This document shows, piece after piece, positions 48,678 to 59,150 of a DNA stretch of 64,000 nt; the stretch's first letter is position 1, and each line of letters begins with the position of its first letter. The stretch covers positions 2,016 to 66,015 of the forward strand of contig CAYWKB010000002.1 of assembly GCA_964459225.1 (NCBI GenBank), in the 5' to 3' direction. Under the pieces are notes generated by a model. That model had not been told where the DNA came from. It worked only from the letters and a program-made list of their open reading frames with translations, and ran no database searches. A program made the translations under genes and the position numbers. Source of the stretch: an uncultured Candidatus Saccharibacteria bacterium (GTDB lineage: Bacteria; Patescibacteriota; Minisyncoccia; Phycocordibacterales; PALSA-1337).

Positions 48678-49520
48678 TTATTTAATATTTAAAGATGTAC
48701 GAGCAATATTTATTTCCTCATCTGTCATTGGTGGCTTGCCATGCCATTCGTACTTGCCTTCAAATTCTTTTATACCCTTACTTGGTATTGTATTTGCTAT
48801 TATAACTGACGGCATTTTTGTTTCATTTTTTGCATTTATATATGCCATATTTATTTCAGAAAAATTATGTCCGTTTATTTCCTGAACATGGAAATTAAAT
48901 GCCTTGAATTTATCAGCTAGTGGATTAAGTGGCATTATGTTTTCAGTAAATCCGTCAATTTGAATATTATTTCTATCTACGATAATAGTTAAATGCTTTA
49001 ATTTTTCTTTTTGTGCAAGCATTATTGCCTCCCAGTTTTGTCCTTCATCAAGTTCACCATCGCCAACTAAACATACAAATTGTTTATCCGAGGTCTCCGC
49101 AAAATCAATACGTTCAGCAAGTGCCATACCAACAGCTTGAGAAATACCAGAACCGAGTGGTCCAGAAGATGTTTCCAAAATATCGAGGAACTCTCTATGT
49201 GGATGCCCTTGCAATTTACTTCCAAATTTCCTCAATGTTTGTAGTTCAGATAGAGGAAAATATCCAGCATGAGCTAGAGTTGCATATAGCACTGGACAAA
49301 TATGTCCATTTGAAAGTACAAGTCTATCTCTATATTGCCATTTTGGATTTTTAGCATCATGTTTTAAACCATGGAAATATAAATAAGTAAAAATATCCGC
49401 CATATCAAGTGGTCCCGCTGTATGACCTGATTTTGCTTCTATTAACATTTCAACAATTGACTGACGTATTGAATGAGCTTTATCAGTTAAGAATTTAATT
49501 TTATCTTCATTGAGTAACAT
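48678..49520 (-). CDS. Transketolase, N-terminal subunit
   Basis: SGH, DRLVLSNGH, LQGHP, TPP motif GDGELDEG..N. Confidence 0.95.
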   Translation of the reverse strand: MLLNEDKIKFLTDKAHSIRQSIVEMLIEAKSGHTAGPLDMADIFTYLYFHGLKHDAKNPKWQYRDRLVLSNGHICPVLYATLAHAGYFPLSELQTLRKFGSKLQGHPHREFLDILETSSGPLGSGISQAVGMALAERIDFAETSDKQFVCLVGDGELDEGQNWEAIMLAQKEKLKHLTIIVDRNNIQIDGFTENIMPLNPLADKFKAFNFHVQEINGHNFSEINMAYINAKNETKMPSVIIANTIPSKGIKEFEGKYEWHGKPPMTDEEINIARTSLNIK

Positions 49521-49570
49521 TTGAGATAATTATAGCACTTTAAAATACTAAATGTTATATAAAATCCACA

Positions 49571-50236
49571 TTAAACCCTCTTTAACTCCTCATAAGCCTC
49601 AAATACATTTTCGCTTTCAAAAATTGCTGAACCCGCGACTAGTCTATCCGCACCTGCTTCCTTTAATATTTCTGCATTATCAATACTTACCCCGCCATCA
49701 ACCTGTATTATCGCAACTGGAAATTCCTTTCTTATTTCTTTTATTTTTTCAATTGAAGCATTTTCTAGATTTTGTCCTTGAAATCCTGCCTTTCTAATAC
49801 CCATAACTTGTATGTATTGTACTTTGTTTATGTATTTTTTTATCTTATCAATACTTGTATCCATATTTACAGCAATACCAATCTCTACCAAACCTGAAAT
49901 TGTATCAATAATACTATTTAAATCCTCTTTGCTTTCTATATGTAATATTATCCTTTCTGCTCCCGCCATTATCCATTTTTTTATTTCTTCTTCACTTATA
50001 TCCTTAATCATCAAATCAAATTCATAATTGATTTTTTCCCATTCTGGCATACCTCTTTCTTCATTTATAATTGCCTTAAAATTTTCATCTTCTTTCCAAT
50101 ACGGCCATGTTGTTGTTGGAACATATTTACCATCACAAATATCTATTTGAACAATTGGCACTAATCCAATTATCTGTTCAATTTTTTCTGCTATTTCCCT
50201 GAAGTTTTTTGGTAAAATTGCTGGTATTATTTCCAT
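49571..50236 (-). CDS. rpe: Ribulose-phosphate 3-epimerase
   Basis: IDICDGKYVP, GFQGQ, VDGGV, VAGSAIF. Confidence 0.92.
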   Translation of the reverse strand: MEIIPAILPKNFREIAEKIEQIIGLVPIVQIDICDGKYVPTTTWPYWKEDENFKAIINEERGMPEWEKINYEFDLMIKDISEEEIKKWIMAGAERIILHIESKEDLNSIIDTISGLVEIGIAVNMDTSIDKIKKYINKVQYIQVMGIRKAGFQGQNLENASIEKIKEIRKEFPVAIIQVDGGVSIDNAEILKEAGADRLVAGSAIFESENVFEAYEELKRV

Positions 50237-50241
50237 ATTAT

Positions 50242-50688
50242 TTACTCAATATTATCTAGCATATTATTTCTTTTAATATGTCTTTCATCATTACTAAACT
50301 GTGTTGATATCCAGATCTTTACTGCTTCTTTTGCTTCTTCTTCATTTACAAAATGCGCTCCTATTGATAGTACATTTGCATTATTATGCTCTCTTGAAAG
50401 TCTTAGTATTTCAGTATTTCCTCCATAGTACACTGCTGCTCTTACACCTGGAAATCTATTGCATATCATAGCCTCACCCTGTCCTGATTTACCGAATATT
50501 ATTGCTTTTGCATTGTCATCTGATAGTAACTTCATAGCAACTGGAATCATGATTTCTGGATAATTATCGTCATTTACAAGTGTATGCGCCCCCATATCTT
50601 CAACATCAAATTTTTCACCAATTAAAAAATCCTTTACCTTGTTTTTTAAATCAAAACCCGCATGATCAGATGCTAATATTATTTTCAT
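50242..50688 (-). CDS. rpiB: Ribose-5-phosphate isomerase B
   Basis: ASDHAG, SGQGE, GVRAA, SREHNNAN. Confidence 0.93.
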   Translation of the reverse strand: MKIILASDHAGFDLKNKVKDFLIGEKFDVEDMGAHTLVNDDNYPEIMIPVAMKLLSDDNAKAIIFGKSGQGEAMICNRFPGVRAAVYYGGNTEILRLSREHNNANVLSIGAHFVNEEEAKEAVKIWISTQFSNDERHIKRNNMLDNIE

Positions 50689-50706
50689 TTAACTATTATA
50701 TATTAT

Positions 50707-52509
50707 CTAAGCCGTTAAACCAATTTGTAATTCATACAGTCTTCTGTATTCACCTCCCTCTATTTTTAGCAATTCATCATGCTTTCCTGATTCTATTATT
50801 TTTCCTTCTTTAAATACTAGTATCTTATCTGCCTTCCTTACCGTACTTAATCTATGGGCTATTATAAAAGTTGTCTTACCTTTCATGAGTTCATCAAGTG
50901 AATCAGAAATAATCTTTTCTGATCCTGCATCTAGCGCTGAAGTAGGTTCATCAAGTATTAGTATTTTAGGATTTCGAAGTATTGCTCTTGCAATTGCTAC
51001 TCTTTGCTTTTGTCCAACTGATAACTTTACACCTCTTTCACCAACCATTTGTTCCCATTTACTTGGAAATTTCATAATAAAATCATATGCATGAGCCTTT
51101 TTTGAAGCTATTTCCATTTCTTCATCAGTAGAATTAAAATTTCCGTATTTTATATTTTTCTTTATTGTATCATTAAACAAAACAACTTCCTGAGGAACTA
51201 TTGCTATACTTTCTCTTAATTTTCTTAAATTTATTTTTCTAATATCATATCCCTCTATGAGTACTTCGCCTGATACAGGAAAATGATACCCAGAAATAAG
51301 ATCGACAAGAGTACTTTTACCTACACCAGACTCACCCACTAGAGCAATAACTTCACCTGCATTAACTTTAAAATTAATATTTTGTAAAACTGGCTTATCA
51401 CTTTCATAAGAATAATTTACATTTTTAAATTCCATCTGTCCTGTAATAGATATATTTGGTGCATCTTTTGGTGCATAATTTTCAGCTGGAATTCCTAATA
51501 TATTTTCAGTCTTTTGAATATTGATTATTCCACCTTGAATACTTTGCCAATCTCTGGCAATAGACATAAATGGTCCAAATATCATTGCGGTATAAGCATT
51601 AAATGATAGTAATTCACCTAATGTCATTATTCCATTTCTAATATTAATAATTGAAATTATAAAAATACTTATTTGAGTAATTAAAATAATTATTTTTTGA
51701 TATAAACTAAGTGTACTCCATACTTTTGAAAGTCTCATCCATAGCGGTATAGATAAGGCAGATTTATTTTGTAATTTATCTCTTTCATATTCTTCGGCTG
51801 ATGATTGCTTTATAGCATGTGTATTTAAAATTGAATCATAAGCATCACCAAATAATTCTCTAACATTTTTCCTATATTCTTTATGATATTCAGCAACTGG
51901 ACGTATTTTTAAAGATAGTACAAAAATATAAATAATTAATGCAGAAACTAAAATAAATGCTAATTTAATATTTATATACATTGCAATTATCAGAGCTATT
52001 ATTATACTAAGTAACTGAGGTGCAATATCAATAACGTGCCTACCTACAATTGTTTCTAATGAATTTGCAGCAATGTTAATAGTCTCCCCTATTTCTCCCA
52101 TTTTATTTTTCTTATGAAATGAAATTGGCAAATTTAAAACATAACTAAAACCTCTTGAGAGATAGTTTAGCCATATTTTATTTGATAAATATTGACTCAT
52201 TATTTCATTTCGCCAATCAATAGTGTATGTGATAGCTTGTATAATTGCCCAAATGATTAATAGCACCGCATAAGCAGGAAGTTGATTTCCAAACAAGTCG
52301 ATTACAGTATCTGAATTAATAGAATCAAAAAACCTACCAGCAATATATGGCACGGTAGCATTACCAATGGCTGACAGTATTCCAAGGACAATAAGTACAA
52401 TCAACTGAACCTTGAATTCGGTGATGTATTTTATTATTACCTTTAGCCCTGTATATATATTGTCTTTATTAAGTTTTTCAACTTTTTCTTCTGTTTTTTC
52501 TTGAGGCAT
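50707..52509 (-). CDS. ABC exporter, fused TMD-NBD
   Basis: Six-TM domain, GESGVGKST, LSVGQKQR, ILDEPT, IAHRLST. Confidence 0.95.
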   Translation of the reverse strand: MPQEKTEEKVEKLNKDNIYTGLKVIIKYITEFKVQLIVLIVLGILSAIGNATVPYIAGRFFDSINSDTVIDLFGNQLPAYAVLLIIWAIIQAITYTIDWRNEIMSQYLSNKIWLNYLSRGFSYVLNLPISFHKKNKMGEIGETINIAANSLETIVGRHVIDIAPQLLSIIIALIIAMYINIKLAFILVSALIIYIFVLSLKIRPVAEYHKEYRKNVRELFGDAYDSILNTHAIKQSSAEEYERDKLQNKSALSIPLWMRLSKVWSTLSLYQKIIILITQISIFIISIINIRNGIMTLGELLSFNAYTAMIFGPFMSIARDWQSIQGGIINIQKTENILGIPAENYAPKDAPNISITGQMEFKNVNYSYESDKPVLQNINFKVNAGEVIALVGESGVGKSTLVDLISGYHFPVSGEVLIEGYDIRKINLRKLRESIAIVPQEVVLFNDTIKKNIKYGNFNSTDEEMEIASKKAHAYDFIMKFPSKWEQMVGERGVKLSVGQKQRVAIARAILRNPKILILDEPTSALDAGSEKIISDSLDELMKGKTTFIIAHRLSTVRKADKILVFKEGKIIESGKHDELLKIEGGEYRRLYELQIGLTA

Positions 52510-52537
52510 AGTCTAGTTATTATAGACTATTATACAC

Positions 52538-53014
52538 TTAATTTATAGAAGATCTACGAATTACAGTAAATGTAGATACGCCTATGACTAAAGTTATCAG
52601 CCAAAAGACAGCTATTAATGGTAATTGAAATATTAGAACAATAAATGAGTCACCTTTTAGAGGTACGTCATATACAATCATTCCCGCAAAAATTAACCAA
52701 ATGAGCACGACAGAGTGTAGGATTGAAGTAAAGATTAAATAAATTTTGTGTAATACGGTACCTGGCATTGATTTTAGTCTATGATGCAGGTATGAAGAAA
52801 GTATTAAACCTCCGAAATATAGTACCAAAATTAGAACAGGTCGGAAAAGTGTCATTACTAGTTGTGAAAAATTAAGACCACTAAAGTAATTGAAATAATA
52901 ACTAATACTATTAGGAAAAAATTCATTAGAAAAGAATTCACTAGAAAAAAATAATAGAGAGCCAATAAAAATCAAAATGTAATCTATAGAAAATAATGTG
53001 TTTAATTTTTTCAT
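52538..53014 (-). CDS. Membrane protein (about 4 TM)
   Basis: Four hydrophobic segments. Confidence 0.6.
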   Translation of the reverse strand: MKKLNTLFSIDYILIFIGSLLFFSSEFFSNEFFPNSISYYFNYFSGLNFSQLVMTLFRPVLILVLYFGGLILSSYLHHRLKSMPGTVLHKIYLIFTSILHSVVLIWLIFAGMIVYDVPLKGDSFIVLIFQLPLIAVFWLITLVIGVSTFTVIRRSSIN

Positions 53015-53127
53015 AAATTAATAATTTTATTAATCTTAGCAGTATAACACATAGAAGTATTGATTTATATAGTAGTGGATAAAAACATTTCATCATGATA
53101 AAAGCCATATGTTATGATTGAAACAAT

Positions 53128-54651
53128 ATGTATCATAAACAACTCGTAAATCATGTTTCGATGAGGCAAAAAGCGGGCATGCCAGACGATGCTATTCGCA
53201 ACGAATTAATCATGGATGGTTGGACTGAAGATGATATCAAAGTAGCTTTTTATTATAGTTCATTTCCTTTAAAACTTGGACACTTCTCTTTCTGGAGAAT
53301 ATTACACTCAGAAATACCAGCACCGATTATGATTATCTTATTAGTACTTACAGCTGTAGGAATTGGTGGTTTTTCTTATGCTTATAGCAATAAAACCCAA
53401 AACTATACAATCAATATACCAACAAATCTGCCCGAGCAACACGTTCAATTAGTATACGGTGCGCAACCAGCATTATCTGATCCTGATTTTTTTGGTAAAG
53501 TTAGGCAACAGTTTATTAGCGAAAAGGCAGACTTCATTGAAGCAAATTTAACGACAATGAAAATGCAGGTTTATAAAGAAGGTATTCTATCACTTGAAGT
53601 ACCTATTGTTACAAAAGGAAGACCTGGCTCATGGTGGGAAACTCCGGCAGGATTATATAAAGTTGAAAGTAAAGAAAAAGCACATTTTTCTGGAATGGGA
53701 CATGTATGGATGCCTTGGAGTATGAAATTTCAAGGAAACTTTTATATTCACGGTCGTACATATTATCCAGATGGCACATTGACTTCAAAAACTTATACAG
53801 GTGGTTGTATTCGCCTAGATACTGATGATGCCCAAAAAGTTTATGACATAGTAGATACCGGCACTCCAGTCCTTGTCTTTGAACAGAGTTTTACACCTGA
53901 TAACTTCACATACACAGATGCAGCCCTATCACTTTCTGCACCAATATATCTTTCTGCTGATTTACAAAACAATCACGTTTTTGCAAGTAAAAATTCTACT
54001 GAAGTTGTACCAATAGCGTCAATAACCAAACTTGTATCTGCTCTAGTGATAACAGAATACATTAACTTAGATAATACAGTCACAGTACCAAAAGCGGCGA
54101 TAATATACACATCAAAAGCAAGATTACAGCCAGGAGCACAATATACTATTTATCAACTACTCTTCCCATTACTTATGGAATCATCAAATGAGGCAGCCGA
54201 GACAATAGCTAGGTTTTACGGGCGAGATGATTTTATCAAACATATGAATGACAAGGCAGCATCTATTGGTATGACACATAGTCATTTTGATGACCCTTCT
54301 GGTGTATCGAAGGATAATATTTCTACCGCTGAAGATCTTTTTATGTTGGCAAAATACATTTATAATAATCGTAGCTTTATATTTAATATAACTTCTGGAA
54401 AACTCAAAGATAGTGCATATGGCACAAGTGGATTCCCTGATATCAATAACTTCAATGATTTCACTGAAAATGAATATTTCTTTGGTGGCAAAAATGGAAA
54501 AACGACTGCTGCAGCAGAATCAAATTTATCTGTTTTCGAATTCCCTACCGACAATACAAAAAGACCAGTTGTAACAATTGTATTAAAATCACCAAATGAA
54601 AAAAATGATTCTGAGACTTTAATAGATTATACGTTGAATCATTTTAGATAG
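53128..54651 (+). CDS. L,D-transpeptidase (YkuD) fused to a D-Ala-D-Ala carboxypeptidase (S11)
   Basis: TPAG..YIHG..TGGCIRL followed by ASITKL, SSN and GGKNG. Confidence 0.85.
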   Translation: MYHKQLVNHVSMRQKAGMPDDAIRNELIMDGWTEDDIKVAFYYSSFPLKLGHFSFWRILHSEIPAPIMIILLVLTAVGIGGFSYAYSNKTQNYTINIPTNLPEQHVQLVYGAQPALSDPDFFGKVRQQFISEKADFIEANLTTMKMQVYKEGILSLEVPIVTKGRPGSWWETPAGLYKVESKEKAHFSGMGHVWMPWSMKFQGNFYIHGRTYYPDGTLTSKTYTGGCIRLDTDDAQKVYDIVDTGTPVLVFEQSFTPDNFTYTDAALSLSAPIYLSADLQNNHVFASKNSTEVVPIASITKLVSALVITEYINLDNTVTVPKAAIIYTSKARLQPGAQYTIYQLLFPLLMESSNEAAETIARFYGRDDFIKHMNDKAASIGMTHSHFDDPSGVSKDNISTAEDLFMLAKYIYNNRSFIFNITSGKLKDSAYGTSGFPDINNFNDFTENEYFFGGKNGKTTAAAESNLSVFEFPTDNTKRPVVTIVLKSPNEKNDSETLIDYTLNHFR

Positions 54652-54696
54652 GAGTATTTAAGTAAACAAATACTAATCTTTTTCTTGAATCGAGCG

Positions 54697-55317
54697 CTAA
54701 CTAAATAGATTTTTAAACCAATAAATGATCTTTTGTATAAAATTTTGTTTTACTTTATTATCTGTAACTATCTGAGCTTCATTTGTTTTTGATTGAAAAT
54801 CAGATATTGGTACAATCACAGGACTTGTCTTAACTACTGGTGCAGTTTTAATTACTTTACTTAGTGTAAGTCCATTACCTAGAAAAACTAGATCCGCATT
54901 TGCTGAAACTATTTCTTTTATTTCTGTATAATTTATAAAATAAAAATTTGAACTTGTATCTTTATATGCATAAACTAGATACTCTCCTCCTACTGATTTT
55001 GGAATAAAAATAGGACATGAGTAACCGTCTAGCGCGGTAGATTTTAAGGTTACATACTCCGCAGGATTACCCTTCCAATATTTCAGAACCTTAAAAACCA
55101 TAGTACTAGTTTTCATCCTTGAACTCTCTCCTTCACCCACTATTACCTCTGTTGAAGTTGCAATCGATATTACCTTACCTGAAAATACTGAGTTTGCATT
55201 ATTAAATGATTCTTGAGGTGTTCTGTAAACAGGGGTGCAGGCAAAAGTAGTTTCAATACCTGTGAAAAAGAGTGTGGTGATTATAAGTATATAAATTATT
55301 GTTTTTTTATTTTTCAT
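54697..55317 (-). CDS. Secreted TIMP/NTR-like domain protein
   Basis: Signal peptide then AC.P, NSVFSGKVISI, FKVLKYWKG, SC, GGEYLVYA. Confidence 0.6.
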   Translation of the reverse strand: MKNKKTIIYILIITTLFFTGIETTFACTPVYRTPQESFNNANSVFSGKVISIATSTEVIVGEGESSRMKTSTMVFKVLKYWKGNPAEYVTLKSTALDGYSCPIFIPKSVGGEYLVYAYKDTSSNFYFINYTEIKEIVSANADLVFLGNGLTLSKVIKTAPVVKTSPVIVPISDFQSKTNEAQIVTDNKVKQNFIQKIIYWFKNLFS

Positions 55318-55414
55318 AATGTTTTCCGATTATATTATATTAATTTCCCCACCTTAATAACATGCCCCACCAATATATACATATACCTCACTTCATTATC
55401 GTAACACGTAAGGT

Positions 55415-55711
55415 TCATTTTACTTTTTTATCGTAAAACTTGTACATAACCAGTGCAGCGTAAGGTACTATCAGAAAGAAAAGGAATTCTTCAATTGGCA
55501 ATCCGTAAATTCGCCAACCTATCAATCCATCTCCTGGAAAAATCCAATGATGTCTGTAAGTCGCGAAGTAATCCCAGATCATTCCAAACAAGAAAATATT
55601 TAGTACAACACATAGTCTTTCTTTACGCGAGTGATAGAGGTGGATTTTATTTCTCCACTCAATCACAATTGTCACTATAAGAATTACTATGAGTATCGCT
55701 AGATATTCCAT
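55415..55711 (-). CDS. Lycopene cyclase-domain membrane protein
   Basis: WD..A....W.F....G..I.GLPIEE..FF pattern. Confidence 0.75.
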   Translation of the reverse strand: MEYLAILIVILIVTIVIEWRNKIHLYHSRKERLCVVLNIFLFGMIWDYFATYRHHWIFPGDGLIGWRIYGLPIEEFLFFLIVPYAALVMYKFYDKKVK

Positions 55712-55714
55712 ATT

Positions 55715-56692
55715 CTATATGAGTTTTCCAGCCTTAATTACATGTTCTACTAAAGTATTCGTATACCCCATCTCATTATCATACCAAGCTAAAACCTTCA
55801 CTAGATTCCCCCCGACAACTCTTGTAAAAGCCAAATCTGCAATTGATGCATATGAATTCCCCTTTATATCACTTGAAACCAAATCTTCATTTGTCACTGC
55901 AAATATTCCCTTCCATCTTTCTTCTTTACTTGCCTTTTCTAATATTGCATTTACTTCTTCTGCTGTTGTATTCTTTTTTGAAATAAATGTTATATCAACT
56001 ATTGAACCTACTGGTACTGGAACTCGTATTGATATACCATCGAAAAGTCCTGAGAATTTTGGCATAACTTTTGCAACCGCTGTAGCTGCGCCAGTTGATG
56101 ATGGTACTATATTTTGTGCAGCTCCTCTTCCTTCTCTCATATCCTTTTTATTTGGACCATCAACAAGAGACTGACTAGCGGTGTATGCATGAACTGTATT
56201 TAATAATGCTTTTTCTATTCCCAATGTTTCATCAAGTATTGCAATCAGAGGACTTCCTGCATTTGTTGTACATGATGCATTTGATGAGATTTTTGTTTCT
56301 TTTAATTTGTCCTCATTCATAGCCATAAGCACAGTTGGTGAATTATCATCCTTTATAGGTGCTGAAATTACCACTCTTTTTGCCCCTGCGTCTATATGTG
56401 CCTGCGCTTTTTCTGTAGCGGTATATAAACCGGTACATTCCACAACGACGTCAATATCCAAATCCTTCCATGGAAGTTTATTTGGTTCTTTTTCGCTTAT
56501 ATACTTTATACCCTCAAGATTATAGTCAGTCTTTCCATATACACTGTCATATTTAAGTAGATATTCCATGCTTTCAATGGTTCCCAAGTCATTTACCGCA
56601 ACAATTTCAATGTCTTTATTTTCCTTTGCAACCTTATAAAATGCACGTCCAATTCTTCCAAAACCATTTATTGCTACTTTAATCTTTTTCAT
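55715..56692 (-). CDS. gap: Glyceraldehyde-3-phosphate dehydrogenase, type I
   Basis: INGFGRIGR, SNASCTTN, STGAA, WYDNEMGY. Confidence 0.98.
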   Translation of the reverse strand: MKKIKVAINGFGRIGRAFYKVAKENKDIEIVAVNDLGTIESMEYLLKYDSVYGKTDYNLEGIKYISEKEPNKLPWKDLDIDVVVECTGLYTATEKAQAHIDAGAKRVVISAPIKDDNSPTVLMAMNEDKLKETKISSNASCTTNAGSPLIAILDETLGIEKALLNTVHAYTASQSLVDGPNKKDMREGRGAAQNIVPSSTGAATAVAKVMPKFSGLFDGISIRVPVPVGSIVDITFISKKNTTAEEVNAILEKASKEERWKGIFAVTNEDLVSSDIKGNSYASIADLAFTRVVGGNLVKVLAWYDNEMGYTNTLVEHVIKAGKLI

Positions 56693-56754
56693 TTTATTTA
56701 TTAAATTATATAACTGTATTATACTCCCTTTTTTTGATATAATACAAATTAAAT

Positions 56755-58437
56755 ATGAATATTAAAAAATTTAAAAACAGTGTCTTTGATTTTGTCATTA
56801 AAAGAAAGATTATTTCAATAATTTTAGCGATAGTAATTATCCTAATTGGATATTGGTCATACAGGAAATTATTCCCTGCCCCAGTTATAAACAATTATGT
56901 ATTGGGTAATGCCAAAATAGCAAATATAGTTACCACAATAACAGGTACAGGACAAGTCACTGCTTCAAATCAACTAGATATTAAAAGCAAAGTGTCAGGA
57001 GACTTGGTATATCTAAATACCAAAGCAAATGGCACACAAATCAAAAAAGGCACACTAATAGCACAAGTTGATGCAAGAGATGCACTTGTGGCATTAGAGT
57101 CTGCAAGGATTGCATATGCAAAATTAACTAAACCAGCAACAGAATCAGAAATACTAAAAGCACAAAGTACGTTAAATGATGCAATAGCAACAAATAAAAA
57201 ATCATACGAAGATGCATTTAGTACAATTGCAAGTACATTTATTGATTTACCAACTGTATTAAGTGGTTTAAACGACATGTTATATACGAGTAGTGGCTAT
57301 CTTGATACAGAAAATGTTAGAAGTGTTGGTCAAAATACTGGATTAAGTTATAGAGACAAAACAACAGCAAGTTATGATAAAGCAAAGGGTCAATATGATG
57401 CCATGAGTATTAGATACAAAAATCTTTCAAGAACTAGTGATACAAGTACAATTGAAAATTTCCTAAATGACACATATTACCTAACAAAAGATGTTAGTGA
57501 AGCATTAAAAAATGCACAGAACACTGTGGACTTCCTAAGAAAACAAAAAAGCGATAGCGCAGGTACAACAGCATCAGGATATTTATCTACATGGACAAGT
57601 ACTATAAACACTGACTTAAATACCCTACTCACAATAAAGACAACAATGTTAAGTTCTGCAAATGATATAAAAGAATCAACACTCGATTTAAATGATTTAA
57701 AAGATGGTCCAGATAGTTTGGATATAAGATCAGAAAAGTTATCATTGCAACAAAAGGAAAATGCTTACGCGGATTATTTTATTCGTGCCCCATTTGACGG
57801 AGTGCTTGCTAGATTGACTGTTAAAGGCACAGATACAGTAAGTAATGGTACTGTGATAGGTACAATAGTATCTCCACAAAAAATAGCTACAATTACTTTA
57901 AACGAAGTAGATATTGAAAAAGTAAAAGTAGGACAAGTAGCGGAATTAACCTTTGATGCTGTAAACAACTTAACCATACCAGGAACAGTCACAACTGTGG
58001 ATTTGGTTGGTACAGTCACTCAGGGAGTTGTAAATTATAATGTTGAAATTTCATTAGAGGGAGATGACGCAAGAGTAAAGCCTGGTATGAGTGTTAGTGC
58101 ATCAATAATTACAGATACAAAAAACAATGTACTCACAGTTCCAAGTAGTGCCGTTAAATCACAAGGTAAAAATAGTTATGTTGAAGTATTTGATCCAGCA
58201 ATAGAAATAGTAAGAGGATCAATAGGAACACCGTCAAAAACATTGCCAACCAGAAAATCAGTAGAGACAGGTATTTCAAATGATTCACTAATAGAAATCA
58301 TTTCAGGTATAAATGAGGGCGATCAAATTGTAATTAGAACAGTCAAATCAGCAGATATAGCCAAAGCTTCTGCCACACCTCAAAAGAGTTTATTTGGAAC
58401 AGGTGGACGTGCAGTAGGAGGAGGTCAAAATAAATAA
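56755..58437 (+). CDS. MacA-like efflux adaptor subunit
   Basis: TM, ITGTGQV, long coiled coil, IRAPFDG, VKPGMSV, VPSSAV. Confidence 0.9.
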   Translation: MNIKKFKNSVFDFVIKRKIISIILAIVIILIGYWSYRKLFPAPVINNYVLGNAKIANIVTTITGTGQVTASNQLDIKSKVSGDLVYLNTKANGTQIKKGTLIAQVDARDALVALESARIAYAKLTKPATESEILKAQSTLNDAIATNKKSYEDAFSTIASTFIDLPTVLSGLNDMLYTSSGYLDTENVRSVGQNTGLSYRDKTTASYDKAKGQYDAMSIRYKNLSRTSDTSTIENFLNDTYYLTKDVSEALKNAQNTVDFLRKQKSDSAGTTASGYLSTWTSTINTDLNTLLTIKTTMLSSANDIKESTLDLNDLKDGPDSLDIRSEKLSLQQKENAYADYFIRAPFDGVLARLTVKGTDTVSNGTVIGTIVSPQKIATITLNEVDIEKVKVGQVAELTFDAVNNLTIPGTVTTVDLVGTVTQGVVNYNVEISLEGDDARVKPGMSVSASIITDTKNNVLTVPSSAVKSQGKNSYVEVFDPAIEIVRGSIGTPSKTLPTRKSVETGISNDSLIEIISGINEGDQIVIRTVKSADIAKASATPQKSLFGTGGRAVGGGQNK

Positions 58438-58438
58438 A

Positions 58439-59149
58439 ATGATAGAAGTCAAAAATGTAACAAAAACATATCAAAGTGGCACAAATGAATTTCAAGCATT
58501 AAAGGGTGTAACCTTTGATATTAAAGATGGTGAATTTGTGGCAATTATGGGACCATCTGGATCCGGTAAATCAACTCTTATGCATATATTAGGTGCTCTT
58601 GATACACCGACAAGCGGTAAATATTATCTTGATGGAAAGGACACATCTAAAATGTCAGATGATGCTTTGGCGGATATTCGTCGTGAAAAAATAGGCTTCG
58701 TATTTCAGGCATTCAACCTATTACAAAGAGCCACAGTACTTAGAAATGTAATGCTTCCATTGGTGTATGAAGGTGTAGAGCCGGTTGAAAGAGAGAGACG
58801 AGCACGTGAGGCACTCTTTTCCGCAGGGCTAGATGAAACACATTTTAAACATTTATCAAATCAGCTTTCAGGAGGACAGATACAGCGCGTTGCTATTGCA
58901 AGAGCATTAGTTAACAATCCTGCTCTCATACTCGCAGATGAACCCACAGGAAATCTAGATTCAAAAACAGGTGAAATAGTACTTGGAACATTTCAAAGAT
59001 TAAATGAAGATTTGGGTAGAACAATAATACTCATTACCCATGAACCAGACGTTGCTGAGCATGCGGAGAGAATAATACATATAAAGGACGGCATGATACT
59101 CAGTGATTCAAAAAAGCATAGTAGAAGAATAATTAAAAGAGAAAAATAA
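58439..59149 (+). CDS. ABC transporter ATP-binding protein (MacB/LolD type)
   Basis: [28 protein letters not shown]. Confidence 0.95.
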   Translation: MIEVKNVTKTYQSGTNEFQALKGVTFDIKDGEFVAIMGPSGSGKSTLMHILGALDTPTSGKYYLDGKDTSKMSDDALADIRREKIGFVFQAFNLLQRATVLRNVMLPLVYEGVEPVERERRAREALFSAGLDETHFKHLSNQLSGGQIQRVAIARALVNNPALILADEPTGNLDSKTGEIVLGTFQRLNEDLGRTIILITHEPDVAEHAERIIHIKDGMILSDSKKHSRRIIKREK

Positions 59150-59150
59150 A

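Noticed and set aside
55415-55711. Carotenoid or rhodopsin pathway implied by the lycopene cyclase-domain gene
   Set aside because: No crt, blh or opsin genes in the window; one small domain is not enough evidence.
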